NCBI GenBank assembly: GCA_918797485.1
Contig: CAKKNE010000001.1
Span: 5,146,001 to 5,210,000 of the forward strand
DNA length: 64,000 nt
Source: Pelagomonas calceolata
Lineage: Eukaryota
Direction: 5' to 3'
Shown here: piece after piece, positions 53,172 to 64,000 of the stretch
Numbering within the stretch: position 1 is the first letter of the stretch
Layout of the letters: each line of letters begins with the position of its first letter
Made by a program: the position numbers and the translations under genes
The notes under the pieces: generated by a model
Databases searched by the model: none
The model's input: only the letters and a program-made list of their open reading frames with translations
Told to the model about the DNA's origin: nothing

Positions 53172-54083
53172 GTTATGAATTGTTAGCTCGGCGCCCGCCA
53201 GCTGGCGCGAGCCGAAGTCGCTCGGCGCGCAGCGCGGGGTCCGTGCGCGCGCCCGCCGCCGCGACTTAAGCGGCTCGCCGCCGAGGATGACGTGGTTGAG
53301 GTGCTCCCAGGCGCCCGCGGTATGCCGGTTGTAGCGCGGCGCGTCCCATTTACGAGTGCGGCTCGACGCGTAGACGGAGAGCGTCTCCCAGTCGAGCTCG
53401 CCTTTGTGGCAGGCACCGGCCCCGCCGAGCATAGCGTAGGCTTTCTGCGAGGACGAGAAAGTTATTGTGCCGCGTCGATGGCGTGCTGGTGGACACCGGT
53501 CGCGGACCTCGTACGCGGCTCTCGGATGCCGCCGTATCATGGCCCGGGAGGCGGCCATCTGCGCGCAGCAATAGAACGACGCGACCGGTTCGACTTTCGA
53601 AGGCAGCCGCACGCCGAACGCATCCAACAAATCGCGCCAGCACTGCTCGACGACGCCTTGCAGCGCGAACTTGCGCCAGTAGGTCGTGCCGCGCGTCTGG
53701 TAGTTCCAGTTCAAGGACGTGTAGTTCGTGCGCGAATTCAGGCATTTTAAGGTATCGAAGAAGAGGGGGTTGTGCTGCTTCGGCTTCGCTTGCGTGAACA
53801 CCGTTAATTCCGGGAGGTCATCATAAAACTCGCTGATGAACTGGAGGTGTACCCCCGCCTCATACCCATAATTCGGCGAGTAGCGCGGCGCGCCCTTCTT
53901 CGTGCGCTGGTATATATACGTGGAGGCCCACGGCGGCAGCTTCGTCGCCCAGGGCGGCGTGCGGCCCCACTCGCGGTAATGAGCGGGCACGACGACTACT
54001 GGCGTGGACCACTGCGACGTACCTTGCCTTCGCTTCGCCGCCGCAGCGGCTGCGGCGACGAGGACGTGCGGCCAGCACCTCAT
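53049..54083 (-). CDS. DUF3431-like secreted protein; probable in-frame intron 53445-53507; 3' end uncertain
   Basis: NYGYEAGVHLQFISEFYDDLPELTVFTQ, FYCCAQMAASRAMIRRHPR, WEHLNHVILG. Confidence 0.7.
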   Translation of the reverse strand: MRCWPHVLVAAAAAAAKRRQGTSQWSTPVVVVPAHYREWGRTPPWATKLPPWASTYIYQRTKKGAPRYSPNYGYEAGVHLQFISEFYDDLPELTVFTQAKPKQHNPLFFDTLKCLNSRTNYTSLNWNYQTRGTTYWRKFALQGVVEQCWRDLLDAFGVRLPSKVEPVASFYCCAQMAASRAMIRRHPRAAYEVRDRCPPARHRRGTITFSSSQKAYAMLGGAGACHKGELDWETLSVYASSRTRKWDAPRYNRHTAGAWEHLNHVILGGEPLKSRRRARARTPRCAPSDFGSRQLAGAELTIHNLLGRVLSPQHAARRVHGARRCGRRHAAGQGRPRRLWLRLF

Positions 54084-54360
54084 GTCACGAATGCGCTGGG
54101 GGCTTCATACGTGCACAAAACGCTGCCCCACGCAACGCAGCGCGTGCAGACGCACCGCAAGCACAAAACTATGATTCCTGCGGCGCGGACGAACTGTACT
54201 CGTGGAGCATTGCATCGATGCACAGGCAAAAAGAGCAAGAGGCAAAAGCTAGCGTGCGGGTTTCTACCCGGACTGATCAGAAGGACTGATCTAGTCCTAG
54301 CACCGTAACAGATCTGCAGACTGATCGGAAAACGGCGCCTTAGCAGCGGACGAATGATGA

Positions 54361-55062
54361 CTAGAACGGGCGGGGCTCGCGCGGCGGCGGCGGCGCCTGC
54401 GCCGGCGTCACAGGCGCGAGGAGGTTGCCCCGCGCGAGGAGGTCGTCCTGCTGGCGGTCGAGGTGCCCGCGGTACTGGCGCGCGCGCTTGCGGACGCGCG
54501 CGGCGAACTCCGCATAGCTAATCTTGGCGTTGTCCGTGAGGTCGTAGAGCGCGCAGAGCGCCTCCGTCTGCTCCGTGGACGCGGCGATGCCGCAGCGCGC
54601 CATAGCTGCCGCTAATTCCGCGGAGGTGAGGAAGCCGGTGCGGTTCTGGTCGATCGACAGGAAGGCCTCGCGGAGGGTCGGCTCCCGAGCTTTCAGCGCC
54701 GCGCTGAAGGCCACGTCGAGCTTCTCCACATCCGATAACGCGACGGGCGCCGGCTCCGGTTTGGGTTCGGGCGGCGGCGGCAGCGTCATGCCCGCGTGGT
54801 CGTACAAACGCGCGAAGTCGTCGAAAGAAACACGTTGGGCGCCGTCTCCCGAAAAGCGCTCCACGACGCGCTGCGCGTCGGCCTGGCTCAGTTCGAAGCC
54901 CATGCGGCGGTATCGCACCGCGAAGTCGTCGGCCGTGACGTAGCCGTTGTTCGACTCGTCCAAGTAGCGGAAGGCCTGGAGCTTCGTCTTGAATTTTGCT
55001 TCTAATTTGTTGAGCAGCGTCTCGACGTGCGAGTCGGCGCTGGCCGCCACGAAGAAGGCCAT
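54361..55062 (-). CDS. EF-hand calcium-binding protein
   Basis: DESNNGYVTADDF, DQNRTGFLTSAEL, DLTDNAKISYAEF loops. Confidence 0.85.
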   Translation of the reverse strand: MAFFVAASADSHVETLLNKLEAKFKTKLQAFRYLDESNNGYVTADDFAVRYRRMGFELSQADAQRVVERFSGDGAQRVSFDDFARLYDHAGMTLPPPPEPKPEPAPVALSDVEKLDVAFSAALKAREPTLREAFLSIDQNRTGFLTSAELAAAMARCGIAASTEQTEALCALYDLTDNAKISYAEFAARVRKRARQYRGHLDRQQDDLLARGNLLAPVTPAQAPPPPREPRPF

Positions 55063-55534
55063 GGCTATCCCAGTGATCAAAGGGGATTTAATGCGTGGCC
55101 GCGAACCGGCGGGCGTTTGCAAGCCCTGCGCAAGTGGTATGCTCTGGCGGTCCTGGGACGTCGCAGGAATTTGCGGGGGCAGCCGAAAGTGGTCGCCGCG
55201 GACGCTTAAATCCAGATGGCGCGAGAGTCTGCTTTGCGTTCGGGTTCCAGTTCCAGGCCCACGAATCTGCCCACGATTGAGTTTCTGGACTCATGGTGTT
55301 ACCCCTCTCCGTCCAAGTGAGCTCGTGGAGGAGTACCGATGCTTAGAGCTAGTGCCTCTCCCAAGCACAACAGAGGAGTCGCAGAGCTGCACTTTGGCCG
55401 GCTCATACGACGGCATCACTGACATTCGTAAAGGCTGCGCTTCACAGGAGTTTCCATCAGACAACTGCAACCTATTCGTCTTGGTTCCGCATCGTTCGGG
55501 GCCGCAGCAGAAACAAAATCCAGCCGAAAGCAAA

Positions 55535-57262
55535 ATGGCTGAAACGCCTATAAGGTTTGCCAAGGGCTCGGCCGTCTGGTGCCAAACAACCCCCGTGAAC
55601 TACCACGACGCCGTCGTGCTGGAGGACTGCGTCGAGGGCGACGCCGAGGCCGTCGTGCGCTACACGACCGCGGCGCGCGTCATGCGCGTCGCCGTCGACA
55701 AGGTGATACCGATCGGCGACGCGCGGCCGAGGCGGTCGACCACGAAAGTGGCCGCCGTGTCGCCAGCGCGTGCGCCCGCGGCGCCGCGGCGCAAGCAGCC
55801 GGCGCCGAAAAGGCGTCTCTCTCGCGGCGAACAGGCCGAGCTCGAGCAATACATGCGGCGCGACAAATGGACCACGACCAAGACCGGGCGCGACCCCTAC
55901 TACAGCAAGCCGGGTGAGACGAGGCAGTACCGGTCGCTCCTCGAGATCGCACGTACCCACTACCCGGACGTGCTGCATGCCCCGCTGGACTCGCTGCAGA
56001 TGCTAGACCCGCCAGGCCACGCGGCTTGGGCGGTTTCGAGCCCCTGCCGGCTCGCTGCTGGGCGCCGTATATATCGTCGGTCGACACCGGAAGTCTCAGA
56101 CGATAGCGACGACGCGGCCGCCGAGGCGGCCACCGAGCCGACAGCCGCGGACGCCGCCGCGGCCGCCGCCGAGCCGGCAGCAGCCGAGCCGGCAGCAGTG
56201 GACGAGCCGGCAGCCGCGGACGCCGAGCCGGCAGCAGAGGCGGTCCAGCCGGCTGCCGAGCCCGCGGCTGAAAGCGGCGACGGCGACAGCGCGCCGGCCT
56301 TCGCCGTCGAAGCTCTGGTCGAGGCGCGGTTCCGGGGCGGTGACGTGTTCTATCCGGCGCTCGTCCTCGTCGTCAGAGACGGCGGTAAAACCTTCGATCT
56401 CAAGTATACGGATGGCGATTTCGAGGAACGGGTGCCGGTGCACCTCGTGCGGCCGCTCGCGCGCCGCCGCCGGACGCCCGCGAGCGCGCCGGCTCCCGCG
56501 CCGCCGGCGCCTCCAGCACGCAAGCGGAAGCCGGCGAAGCGCGCGAAGAAAGCGCCCGTCGCCACGCCCGCGCCGCCGCCACCAGCGGCCGTCGCCGCAC
56601 GGCCGGGCCACGAGGTCGTCGGCCGGCGCGTCCGGGTCTGGTGGACGGACGACGCGGCGTGGTACGCCGGCGAGGTCAAGTCCTTCGACGGCGAGAAGCA
56701 CGCCATCCTGTACGACGACGGCGAGGGGGAGGCGCTCGACCTCTCGAGGGAGAAGCACGAGTTCGTCGCCGCGCGGCCGTCCACGACGTTGGGGCGGACG
56801 CACCGCGGCGCGCCGGCGCGCTGCTACGCGAAGGGCACGCCGCAGAGCCGCGGCGCGGGCGTGGGGACGTCCTCCTCCGATGACGACTCGTCGTCGTCGG
56901 ATGACGAGGCCGCTGAGGCTCCTGCTCCGGCGCCGGCCGCTTTGACGCCGCCGCCCACCAACGAGTCGAGCGACGACGAGGATGTCGAGGCGCTGCGGCG
57001 GGCGCGCCGGCCCAAGCAGCGCGTCGCGCCCCAACCGACGGTTGAGGGCGGGGTTGCTGCGCAGACGGAGTGCGAGAGGATCTTCGGCGAGCCCGACTCG
57101 GACGCGGAGGAGCGCGAGGACACGGCCTCGGCGAGCGAGCCGTCGCAGGGGCCCCAGTCGAAGCGCCAGCGCAACGACGATGGCTTCGTTGTCTACGAGG
57201 GCTTCCGAAGCTTCGGCCGGGCGAACCCGACGGTTTTGCCGGTCGAGGAGCCGCTAGCGTAA
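55535..57262 (+). CDS. Multi-Tudor/Agenet-like chromatin-associated protein
   Basis: VEARFRGGDVFYPA...YTDGDFE; VGRRVRVWWTDDAAWYAGEV...ILYDDGE; low-complexity linkers. Confidence 0.75.
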   Translation: MAETPIRFAKGSAVWCQTTPVNYHDAVVLEDCVEGDAEAVVRYTTAARVMRVAVDKVIPIGDARPRRSTTKVAAVSPARAPAAPRRKQPAPKRRLSRGEQAELEQYMRRDKWTTTKTGRDPYYSKPGETRQYRSLLEIARTHYPDVLHAPLDSLQMLDPPGHAAWAVSSPCRLAAGRRIYRRSTPEVSDDSDDAAAEAATEPTAADAAAAAAEPAAAEPAAVDEPAAADAEPAAEAVQPAAEPAAESGDGDSAPAFAVEALVEARFRGGDVFYPALVLVVRDGGKTFDLKYTDGDFEERVPVHLVRPLARRRRTPASAPAPAPPAPPARKRKPAKRAKKAPVATPAPPPPAAVAARPGHEVVGRRVRVWWTDDAAWYAGEVKSFDGEKHAILYDDGEGEALDLSREKHEFVAARPSTTLGRTHRGAPARCYAKGTPQSRGAGVGTSSSDDDSSSSDDEAAEAPAPAPAALTPPPTNESSDDEDVEALRRARRPKQRVAPQPTVEGGVAAQTECERIFGEPDSDAEEREDTASASEPSQGPQSKRQRNDDGFVVYEGFRSFGRANPTVLPVEEPLA

Positions 57263-57280
57263 GACTAGAACAACACATAA

Positions 57281-60200
57281 TTAAGACCGATACGCACTCA
57301 TATCCAAGCGAACACCACCTCCAGCCGGCGACACCGGCTGCTGCGGCGCCCGCGCCCGTGCCGCGGCGCGCCCCATGCCGGCCTTGACGTCGGCCAGCGC
57401 GGACGGAGATAACCGCCCGACGGCGTCCTTGAAGAGCTCGACGTGGCCCGTAGCTACTTTCACGAGGACGTCGCCGGTCCCGTCGTCGCTTTTCAGGAGG
57501 GCGCTCAGGGGCGCCTCGAGCAAATCGGCGAGGAGCGCCGCTCGTTCGTGGGAGACCGGCGCCGTCAGCGCCGCCGCGATCAGGAGGGGCGTCGCCAGCT
57601 TATCTAATGCAGCGTCGCCGGTCGAGGCCTTGGCTGCTAGGCGCGGGAGCACCTCCGCCGCGAACGCCGCGGCAGAAGCGCCTAGCACGGCGTCACCGCG
57701 CGGCGGCAAGTAAGCCGCCACGACGTTCAGCAAACCGGCGTCGAGAGCTTCGGCGAGCGCCGCACCAGCGGCCGCAGCCTGCGCCGCGTCGGGCTTCGAG
57801 GCCGCCCAAGCTTTTAGTAAGGCGGCCGCGGCCGCGTCGGCGACGCGGGGCTCCGCGCCATCATTCAAAAAGGCTTGGCGCCGCACGACCGCCAGCTCCG
57901 GGAGCACGCCCGCCACGTCGGCAGGAAGCGGCTTCGCCAGCAACACGGCCGCGGGTGCGAGCGCGGCGACGGCCGGGTCCTCCGCGATCGCTCTCCAAGG
58001 CGATCTGCACGCCCGCAAAGCGAGTAGCAGGCAGCGTCGCGTCGCGCCGACGTCGTCGAGCGTCGCGAGGCGCGCCGCGGCGCGCAATGGGGCACCCGCG
58101 TCCCTTTGATCGGCGAGCGCGCGTTCCAGCGGGTCGAGGACCGACGCGGCGACGGCGGCCGGCGGCGCGACGCCCGCCTTCGCACAGGCGTCGAACGCGG
58201 CGCCCGGCGCGCCCCGCCGCGCGACCTCGCCCAGGGCCGCCGACCGCTGGTCGTCGTCAGCTAAAGCAGCGGCGCGCACCGCTACTGCTGAAAGCTGGGC
58301 CTCGTCGTCGCCACAAATCCGCAGGGCGAGCGCCACGAGCGCGTCGTCCGGGAACGAATCTTCCGACGGAAACAAGCACGCGGCGCACGCGATCGTCGCG
58401 AGGTACTCCGGCACGGGACCGCCGTCGTCCAGCAGCAGGGCGCCGTCGCGGCACGTCGCGCGCCACGCGGACGCGTCCACGGCCAATGATGGGTCCCGCA
58501 GCACAATGGCCGCGACCGTCGCCTGGCGCCAGACGCCTCCGGAGTCCCCCTTGGCCGCGACGTCGGCGACGCGCTTCCAGGCCGACGCGTCGAGGAAGCC
58601 GCCGACCTCGTGGACCGCCCGGAAGGCGCTCCTTAGCTCAACGGAGGACGCGCCGGGCCGCAGGGCCGCGCGGAGCGACGACGACATCTGCGGCGCGTAG
58701 ACGTCGAGGGCCTTCGCGCCCTGCGGGTCGTCGACGTCGACGACGCCTCCCAAATAGCGGGCGCACGCCGCGAGCAAATCTAGACCGGCGGCCCGCAACT
58801 CGGAGAGCGCAAAGTCGTCGCCCACCGTCGACCCGGCGAGCGAGCACGCCGCCGCGGCGACGCGCGCCGCTCTGAGAGAAGCGTAGTCCGGCGCCGGCGC
58901 CGCGAAGTCCCTTCTCCTTAAAGCCTTGCGCGCGTCGCGCACGGCCTGGTCTACAGCCTTGCGCGCTTCCCTCATATCCGTGTGGAGCGGGTCTCGTAAG
59001 AGTGCGAGGACCGCCGCGGCCGCGTTCGCGAGCTCGCACCGCGTCTGCCAGCGCGGCGCGGCGCCGAGCCGCGCGAGCGGCGCCGCCGCCTTCGTGCGAT
59101 TCGCGTCAATCGCCTGCCGTCGCAACGAATTCAGCGTCTCCTGGACCGGTTCCTCCTCTTCCACAACTTCGGACACGTCGCCGGGCTCCTCGTCGACGAC
59201 GCCCAACACCCACCGCTGGCAGCCTTCCGTCTCGGCGCACGCGTCCAATACCGCTCCTAAGCCAATTTCCTCGCGCCGCGGCTGCTCCGCGCCGAGCACG
59301 CAGAGCCACGCCGTCGCCGCGCGGCAGTCGTCCACGTCAGCTCGCGCCGTCGCGGCTAGTAATGAATGGGCATCAATAACCGCTAAACGCGCGACGGCCT
59401 CCCTCCGCTCGAAGCCGCGCGGCAGGAACAGGCCCCGCCACCGCGGCGCCGTCCCCGAACTTAAACGTCCTTGGGCCCGCTCGACGCATACTATAGAAGC
59501 GTGCGCCGCGCACTTGCGCTTGATAGCTTGCGACGCGTCTTCATCAGTTTTGATGAGACATATCGTCCGTAACATTTCCACGTCGCCGCGCGCCGCGGCG
59601 TCCGTCAGCGCCGCGCACTTGAGGGCGAGGTGCGGGCCGCGCACGACTCCCGTCAATGCCGGGAGCGCCTTGGCCGCGTTTCTCTTCACATACGCTTCTA
59701 CGGAAGCAAAGTCTAACCTGGACACGGCGTCCGCGACGCGCGCGTAGCGTCTCGCCAAATCGACGTCTCCAGTTAATTGCGTTGGCTCCACTAAATGACC
59801 AACGCACCGCGCGATGCAGCACGCCAGCACGCTCCCGCCGTCGAACCCAAACACGTTCTCCGGTCTTTTAGTTTCCGTCATGGCTTGCGCCGGCGACTTC
59901 GTCGTCGGTTCGGCGAAGGGCGCCGCGAGCTGCGCCTCGAGCGCGTCCAATACCAGGGAAACGGCCTGGCGCCTCCTTTCATTATCCGCGTGGACTAGAC
60001 CGGGCACGGCGTCGCTCAGCCCGCGCACGGCCCAGGCCCGCGCCGTCGTCGATAATAGAAGAGACCCCTTGGTCAGCGGCGTCGCCAGGACGTCGCAGGC
60101 CGACGGCGCCGTCAGGACCTTCTCCCGCGCCAGATCCGCGACGGCCGGCGCCGCGGCCGCGCGCCGCGCGGAGTCTCCCGGATTCTTCGGCGCGTCCTGC

Positions 60201-63200
60201 CTCCCGCAGGCGTCGGCCAGGGCGCGCGCGGCGCCGAGTCTAGCTCGCGCGTCCGGCAGGCGCGCCGCCAGAGCGGCCAACGCCGCGGCGGCCGCGCGCC
60301 GCGTGCACGGCGACGCCGCGGCCAGCGCGCGCGCGAGCGCGTCGCGCGGCTTGTCGCCGAAGGGCGCATCTGACAATAATTTCGGGGGCCCGAAGGGGTC
60401 CGCCGTCGGGTCCGGCCGCGTCGCGTAGGTCCGCGGCAGGTTCGAGACGCAGGCTAATAAAGCCATCGACGCGTTCCGCGCGCACGCGGCGCACCGCAGA
60501 TCCCGCTTGCGCTTCTCATCATCAGAAGCCATCATCGCGAGCTTCGCCGGGTTGAGGGCGGCTTCCAAGGCGCCCGCCAACGCATCTAAACCCTGGCGCT
60601 GCGCGTCGGCGTCGACGCGCGGTATCAGCGCTCGCAGACACCGCACGCACGCGTCCACTAACCTCGCACGGGTCTCGCCCGCCCGCTCCGCGGGCAAGTC
60701 GCCCGTCCGACCCACGGCCAAGGCCGCGAGGACGTCTCTCTCCCCAGGACCTAAAGCGTCCCCGTACCTCACGGCCAAATTCGACGCGTAGGCGTCGTCA
60801 ACTACACTCGAACATGCCCCGGCCCCCAGGAACACCGCATCCGGGGGTCCTAATCCGGGAGACGCGTGCGACGCCAGCAAGACGTCGTCGTCGCAGCCAA
60901 TCACGTCGCGCGGCTCGAACGTCGTGCACGCCGGCGTCTCGCTCCTTAAAGCCGCGATGGGGCAGTCCGCGAAGGCCGCGTGCGCCGAGCCGCCGCCGGC
61001 CGCCCCGAGGAATAAGCCACAACACCATCTAAATGAAAGCGTCGCGTCGTCCTTGTTTGGTAGAGAGGCCTGGGCTTCGAGTAAAGCAGCCGCACACAGA
61101 GCTAAACGCGCGAAGCTTCTAGATGTTTGCAATTGCTTCGACGCGAGGATGGACCGCGTCTGCGTCAGTAGTTGCGCAACATCCTGGCCGAGCTTGCCTT
61201 CGAGTAGAGGCGAGCCCGATTCACATAGAGCGGCGACCGAAGATAAACAAGCCTCCAGGCAGGTCAGGCGCACCTCGGCCGCCGCCTGGCTCGAGTCGTC
61301 GCCGGCCCACTGGACGCTCCGCTGCCAGACCTCGCTTAATCTACGGGCCTTCGTCCGCAACCACTTCGGTGGCGAGGACGCCACGACGGCGCCCAGGACG
61401 CCCCAGCCGGCCCTCGCGCAGGCCACCAGCGCCCCCGCTGAGAGCAAGTCGTCGTGCTGTCTCATGACCAAACCTTCCGCGACGGCCAAGGCTTCATCTA
61501 ATAATGAAGGCGAACTATCCGAAGACGACCGCAAAACGGCAGAGGCTAAAGCCGTGCCACCATGTAAAGCACACATGCCGCCTCGCAGCAGCTGCGCCGC
61601 GTCACTTCTACGGGGCCGCGCCTGCGCGCCCGCCGGCGGCGCCGACGCGAGATCGACTAAAGCGTGGTGCTCCGCCGCCGCGCCCCGCAACGCCATCGTC
61701 GCCAGCGGCGCGGCCCGCCCCGGCACGGCCGATGCCAAAGCGCCGCCGAGCGCCGCGGCCTCGCAGCGCACGCCGAAGGCCGGGTCCGACGCCGACGACA
61801 ATGCGGCTCTTTCTAATGCTTCGGCTTCCGGTGCGGCGGCTTCGCCTAAAGCAGCGGCGAGGTGCGCGCACTCCGCTAAGACCACTTGCAATTCGCCGTC
61901 CGCGAGCTTCCGGCCCTTCTCCTTCAGGTCGTCGGCGTGCCGGTCGACGGCGCCCGCCAATGTTAGTAGAGCACTTAAAACTTCTCGTTGTCTCCTCTCA
62001 TGGACCTCGCCTAAACCTCGTCTTAGCGCGTCGGCGATGGCCGCGCGGACGGTTGCATGTAAAGGGTGCTCCGACGGCACGCCTCGTAACGGTGCGAGCG
62101 CCGCTCGTATGGTAGCTTGGAGGCCCTCCTCCTCGACACTCTTTAGGAGTGAAGCGAGGCAGCCACCTGTTCCAGCGACGCCTGCTCTCGAAGAGCTCTT
62201 GACCTGGCGCATCATCAATGAGGACACGAAGGCGCAGGCGTCCGCCGATGTAGGCCCGCGGCCGTCGCCACCACTCAAGGCCTTGGCGACGGGCGACGTC
62301 CGCTTCGCGAATTCGGTGGTTGAATTCTTCGAGGACATCATCTGGATCTTCGGGAAGCTGCCCAGTCTTCTAGGCGGGCTCGCACCGTCATGAGGCTTCT
62401 TCTCCTCATCCGCTCTATTCTGCGTCGCCGCGAAGCGCTCGCGCGTCGCGCGCGCGCACCGGACGTGGGCCGCCAATGCGCTTCCCGCAGCTTGGCCGCA
62501 GTGCACTCTCACCAGAGTGTCCTCGTCACTTAAATGGCGCGCGGCCGTCTCTACCAACCTGCGTGGAAACCACATCTCAGGCGCCCCACGCCATCGACGC
62601 GACGTTGTCCCGGTGATAATCTGACTCACACTGCGACCGACGCGTCGAGCAGGTGCAGCGCTGCGTCCACCGTCGACCGCGCCCTCTTCACAGGATCATC
62701 AGGAACAGGTTCCTTCTCTCCTTGTTTCTTCGGGGGCGCCGGCGCCGGCGCCGGGGCGGTTTTGGACGTTTCTGCGGCGTCCGCTACTACACTAGCCAGG
62801 TTCGCCACGGCCCTATCTGAAGCCTCGGCCGCCCTTTGTGAGACGTCCCGCAGTGACGCCGCGGCGGCCTTGCGACATGATGAATCGTCCGAGCCCTTCA
62901 AGACCTTGGCGAGCGCACTCACGCAGTCCTTGCCGGAACACACGAGGGCCTGCTTGTGCTGCTGCGTCTGCACGGGCCGCGGCGCGACGCCCGTGACGCC
63001 CTCGTCGGGCGACGCGAGGACGACGCGGCCCAGTGCCCGGGCCGCTGCGGCTTTGGTGGACTGGTCGTTCTTCGCGAGTTTCGCGAGGCGCTGGCGCGCC
63101 TCGCCCAGCGCGCCGGGCCCGAGCCGCCGCGGGTACGTTGCACACAAAGCGCCGAGCACGACGCACGCCGCAGCCCGCGCGCCGGGCTGGATGACGAGCT

Positions 63201-63588
63201 TCTGCTGCGATTGTAGGGACTGGGCGATGGACGCGACGTCGCCGCAGCACTCGTGGAGGCCCCGCGCGGCCGCGTAGAGCTGCCCGCCGGCGTCGCCCCT
63301 TGCATACAACGCTTCGGCCGTGCACGCGAGCTCGTTCGCCAGCGACGCGGAGAAGACGAGTTTCGGGTGGCGCAGCACGGCCTCGACGGCGTCCCAGGCT
63401 TTCGCTTGCGACGCGTTCTCGCGGAGCGCCTCGACCGTCGAGATGTCGGCCGTGGCTTCTCTTAATAAAGCGAGGTTCGTGGCGACCGATGCGCTGCTCG
63501 CTAGGCGCGCGTCGTCGTTGCCGGCCGCGTCGCAGGTTTTTATTGCTGCTTGTAAGGCTGTGGAGGCATCTTGTAAGGCTTGGGCCAT
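57281..63588 (-). CDS. HEATR5: HEATR5/Laa1/SWEETIE-like HEAT-repeat protein; exons 63588-62630 and 62558-57281
   Basis: ~2080 aa alpha-solenoid; RAGWGVLGAVV, RLVDACV, YAPQMSSSLRAAL, C-terminal VRLDMSAY; 71-nt GT-AG intron 62559-62629. Confidence 0.7.
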
Positions 63589-63768
63589 CGTCGGCGGCGC
63601 GTGCGACGACGCCGACCCGCTCGAGTGCCGCAAGTGTATTGGACGTGGCTCTGCTGATCGCAGCGCTCGACCACTTCTCAGGCAAGCTGTTATTTGTTAT
63701 CTCTGATAGCTACACCGCTGTCGCAGCAGCGACTTTGGCCGGCGCAAAGGTTGCTTGCTTGCTTAATG

Positions 63769-63789
63769 CTAGTGTCTTACGGCCGCTAG
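63769..63789 (+). promoter_or_regulatory. CTAG-box
   Basis: CTAGTGTCTTACGGCCGCTAG between divergent genes. Confidence 0.6.
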
Positions 63790-63937
63790 CTGAGGGTAGG
63801 TCGTTTTTTGGTTAAGACCGCTTACTTCACGGGACGCACTATTTGGCGTGCCGTTTTGCCACCAAACGGTACGGCTTTCGCCACCAAACGTTTCGCTCTG
63901 GCGCGAGATACAGCGGTCACAGATTTGGGTCATTTCA

Positions 63938-64000
63938 ATGGAGAGCTTGCCAGACGACCTCTGGCGCATAATTTTCGCGTTTGCCGGGCCCGCGGCCGGC
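63938..64000 (+). CDS. 5' end of an F-box-like protein (runs off window)
   Basis: MESLPDDLWRIIFAFAGP. Confidence 0.55.
   Translation, partial: MESLPDDLWRIIFAFAGPAAG

Noticed and set aside
54989..55534. N-terminal extension of the Tudor protein given in the ORF track
   Set aside because: Non-ATG start overlapping the divergent EF-hand gene; ATG 55535 in AAAATGG context is more plausible.
60924..62393. Long + strand ORFs (489 aa here, 422 aa at 57607, and many similar)
   Set aside because: Antisense shadows of GC-rich genes such as HEATR5; no recognisable motifs.
159..63789. CTAG-box copies as a CRISPR array or MITE family
   Set aside because: Copies are dispersed singly, are only ~22 bp, and have no shared flanks, regular spacers or cas genes.
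1..64000. tRNA, rRNA or snRNA genes
   Set aside because: None recognisable by eye; a covariance-model search would be needed to exclude them.

Overview
GC-rich, gene-dense eukaryotic DNA, most consistent with a pelagophyte alga of the Pelagomonas/Aureococcus type. This is inferred from short spliceosomal introns, bipartite plastid-targeting leaders, introner elements and an expanded MYND/RING/TPR family. The window holds about 38 protein-coding genes or fragments, including MFS transporters, a giant WD40 protein, a DPP-IV-like peptidase, a sulfotransferase, BRM/SNF2, IWR1, FNTB, SPF30, HEATR5 and a RIMOC1-like protein. Four non-genic structures stand out. (1) Two inverted copies of a ~1.3 kb element (46475-47799 and 49498-51087; the second has TIRs and a TA target-site duplication) have conserved arms around a ~300 bp slot whose content differs between copies. 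One slot holds a Ty1/copia integrase fragment and the other possibly a copia RT fragment. (2) A ~22-bp semi-palindromic motif, CTAGTGT-N-CGCTAG, occurs about 17 times, almost always in 5'/divergent intergenic regions. (3) Two TIR/8-bp-TSD introners form precise introns (one GC-AG), and several older introns share their core motif. (4) There are truncated or chimeric gene remnants. All calls come from reading the sequence and ORF track by eye; no database search was run.
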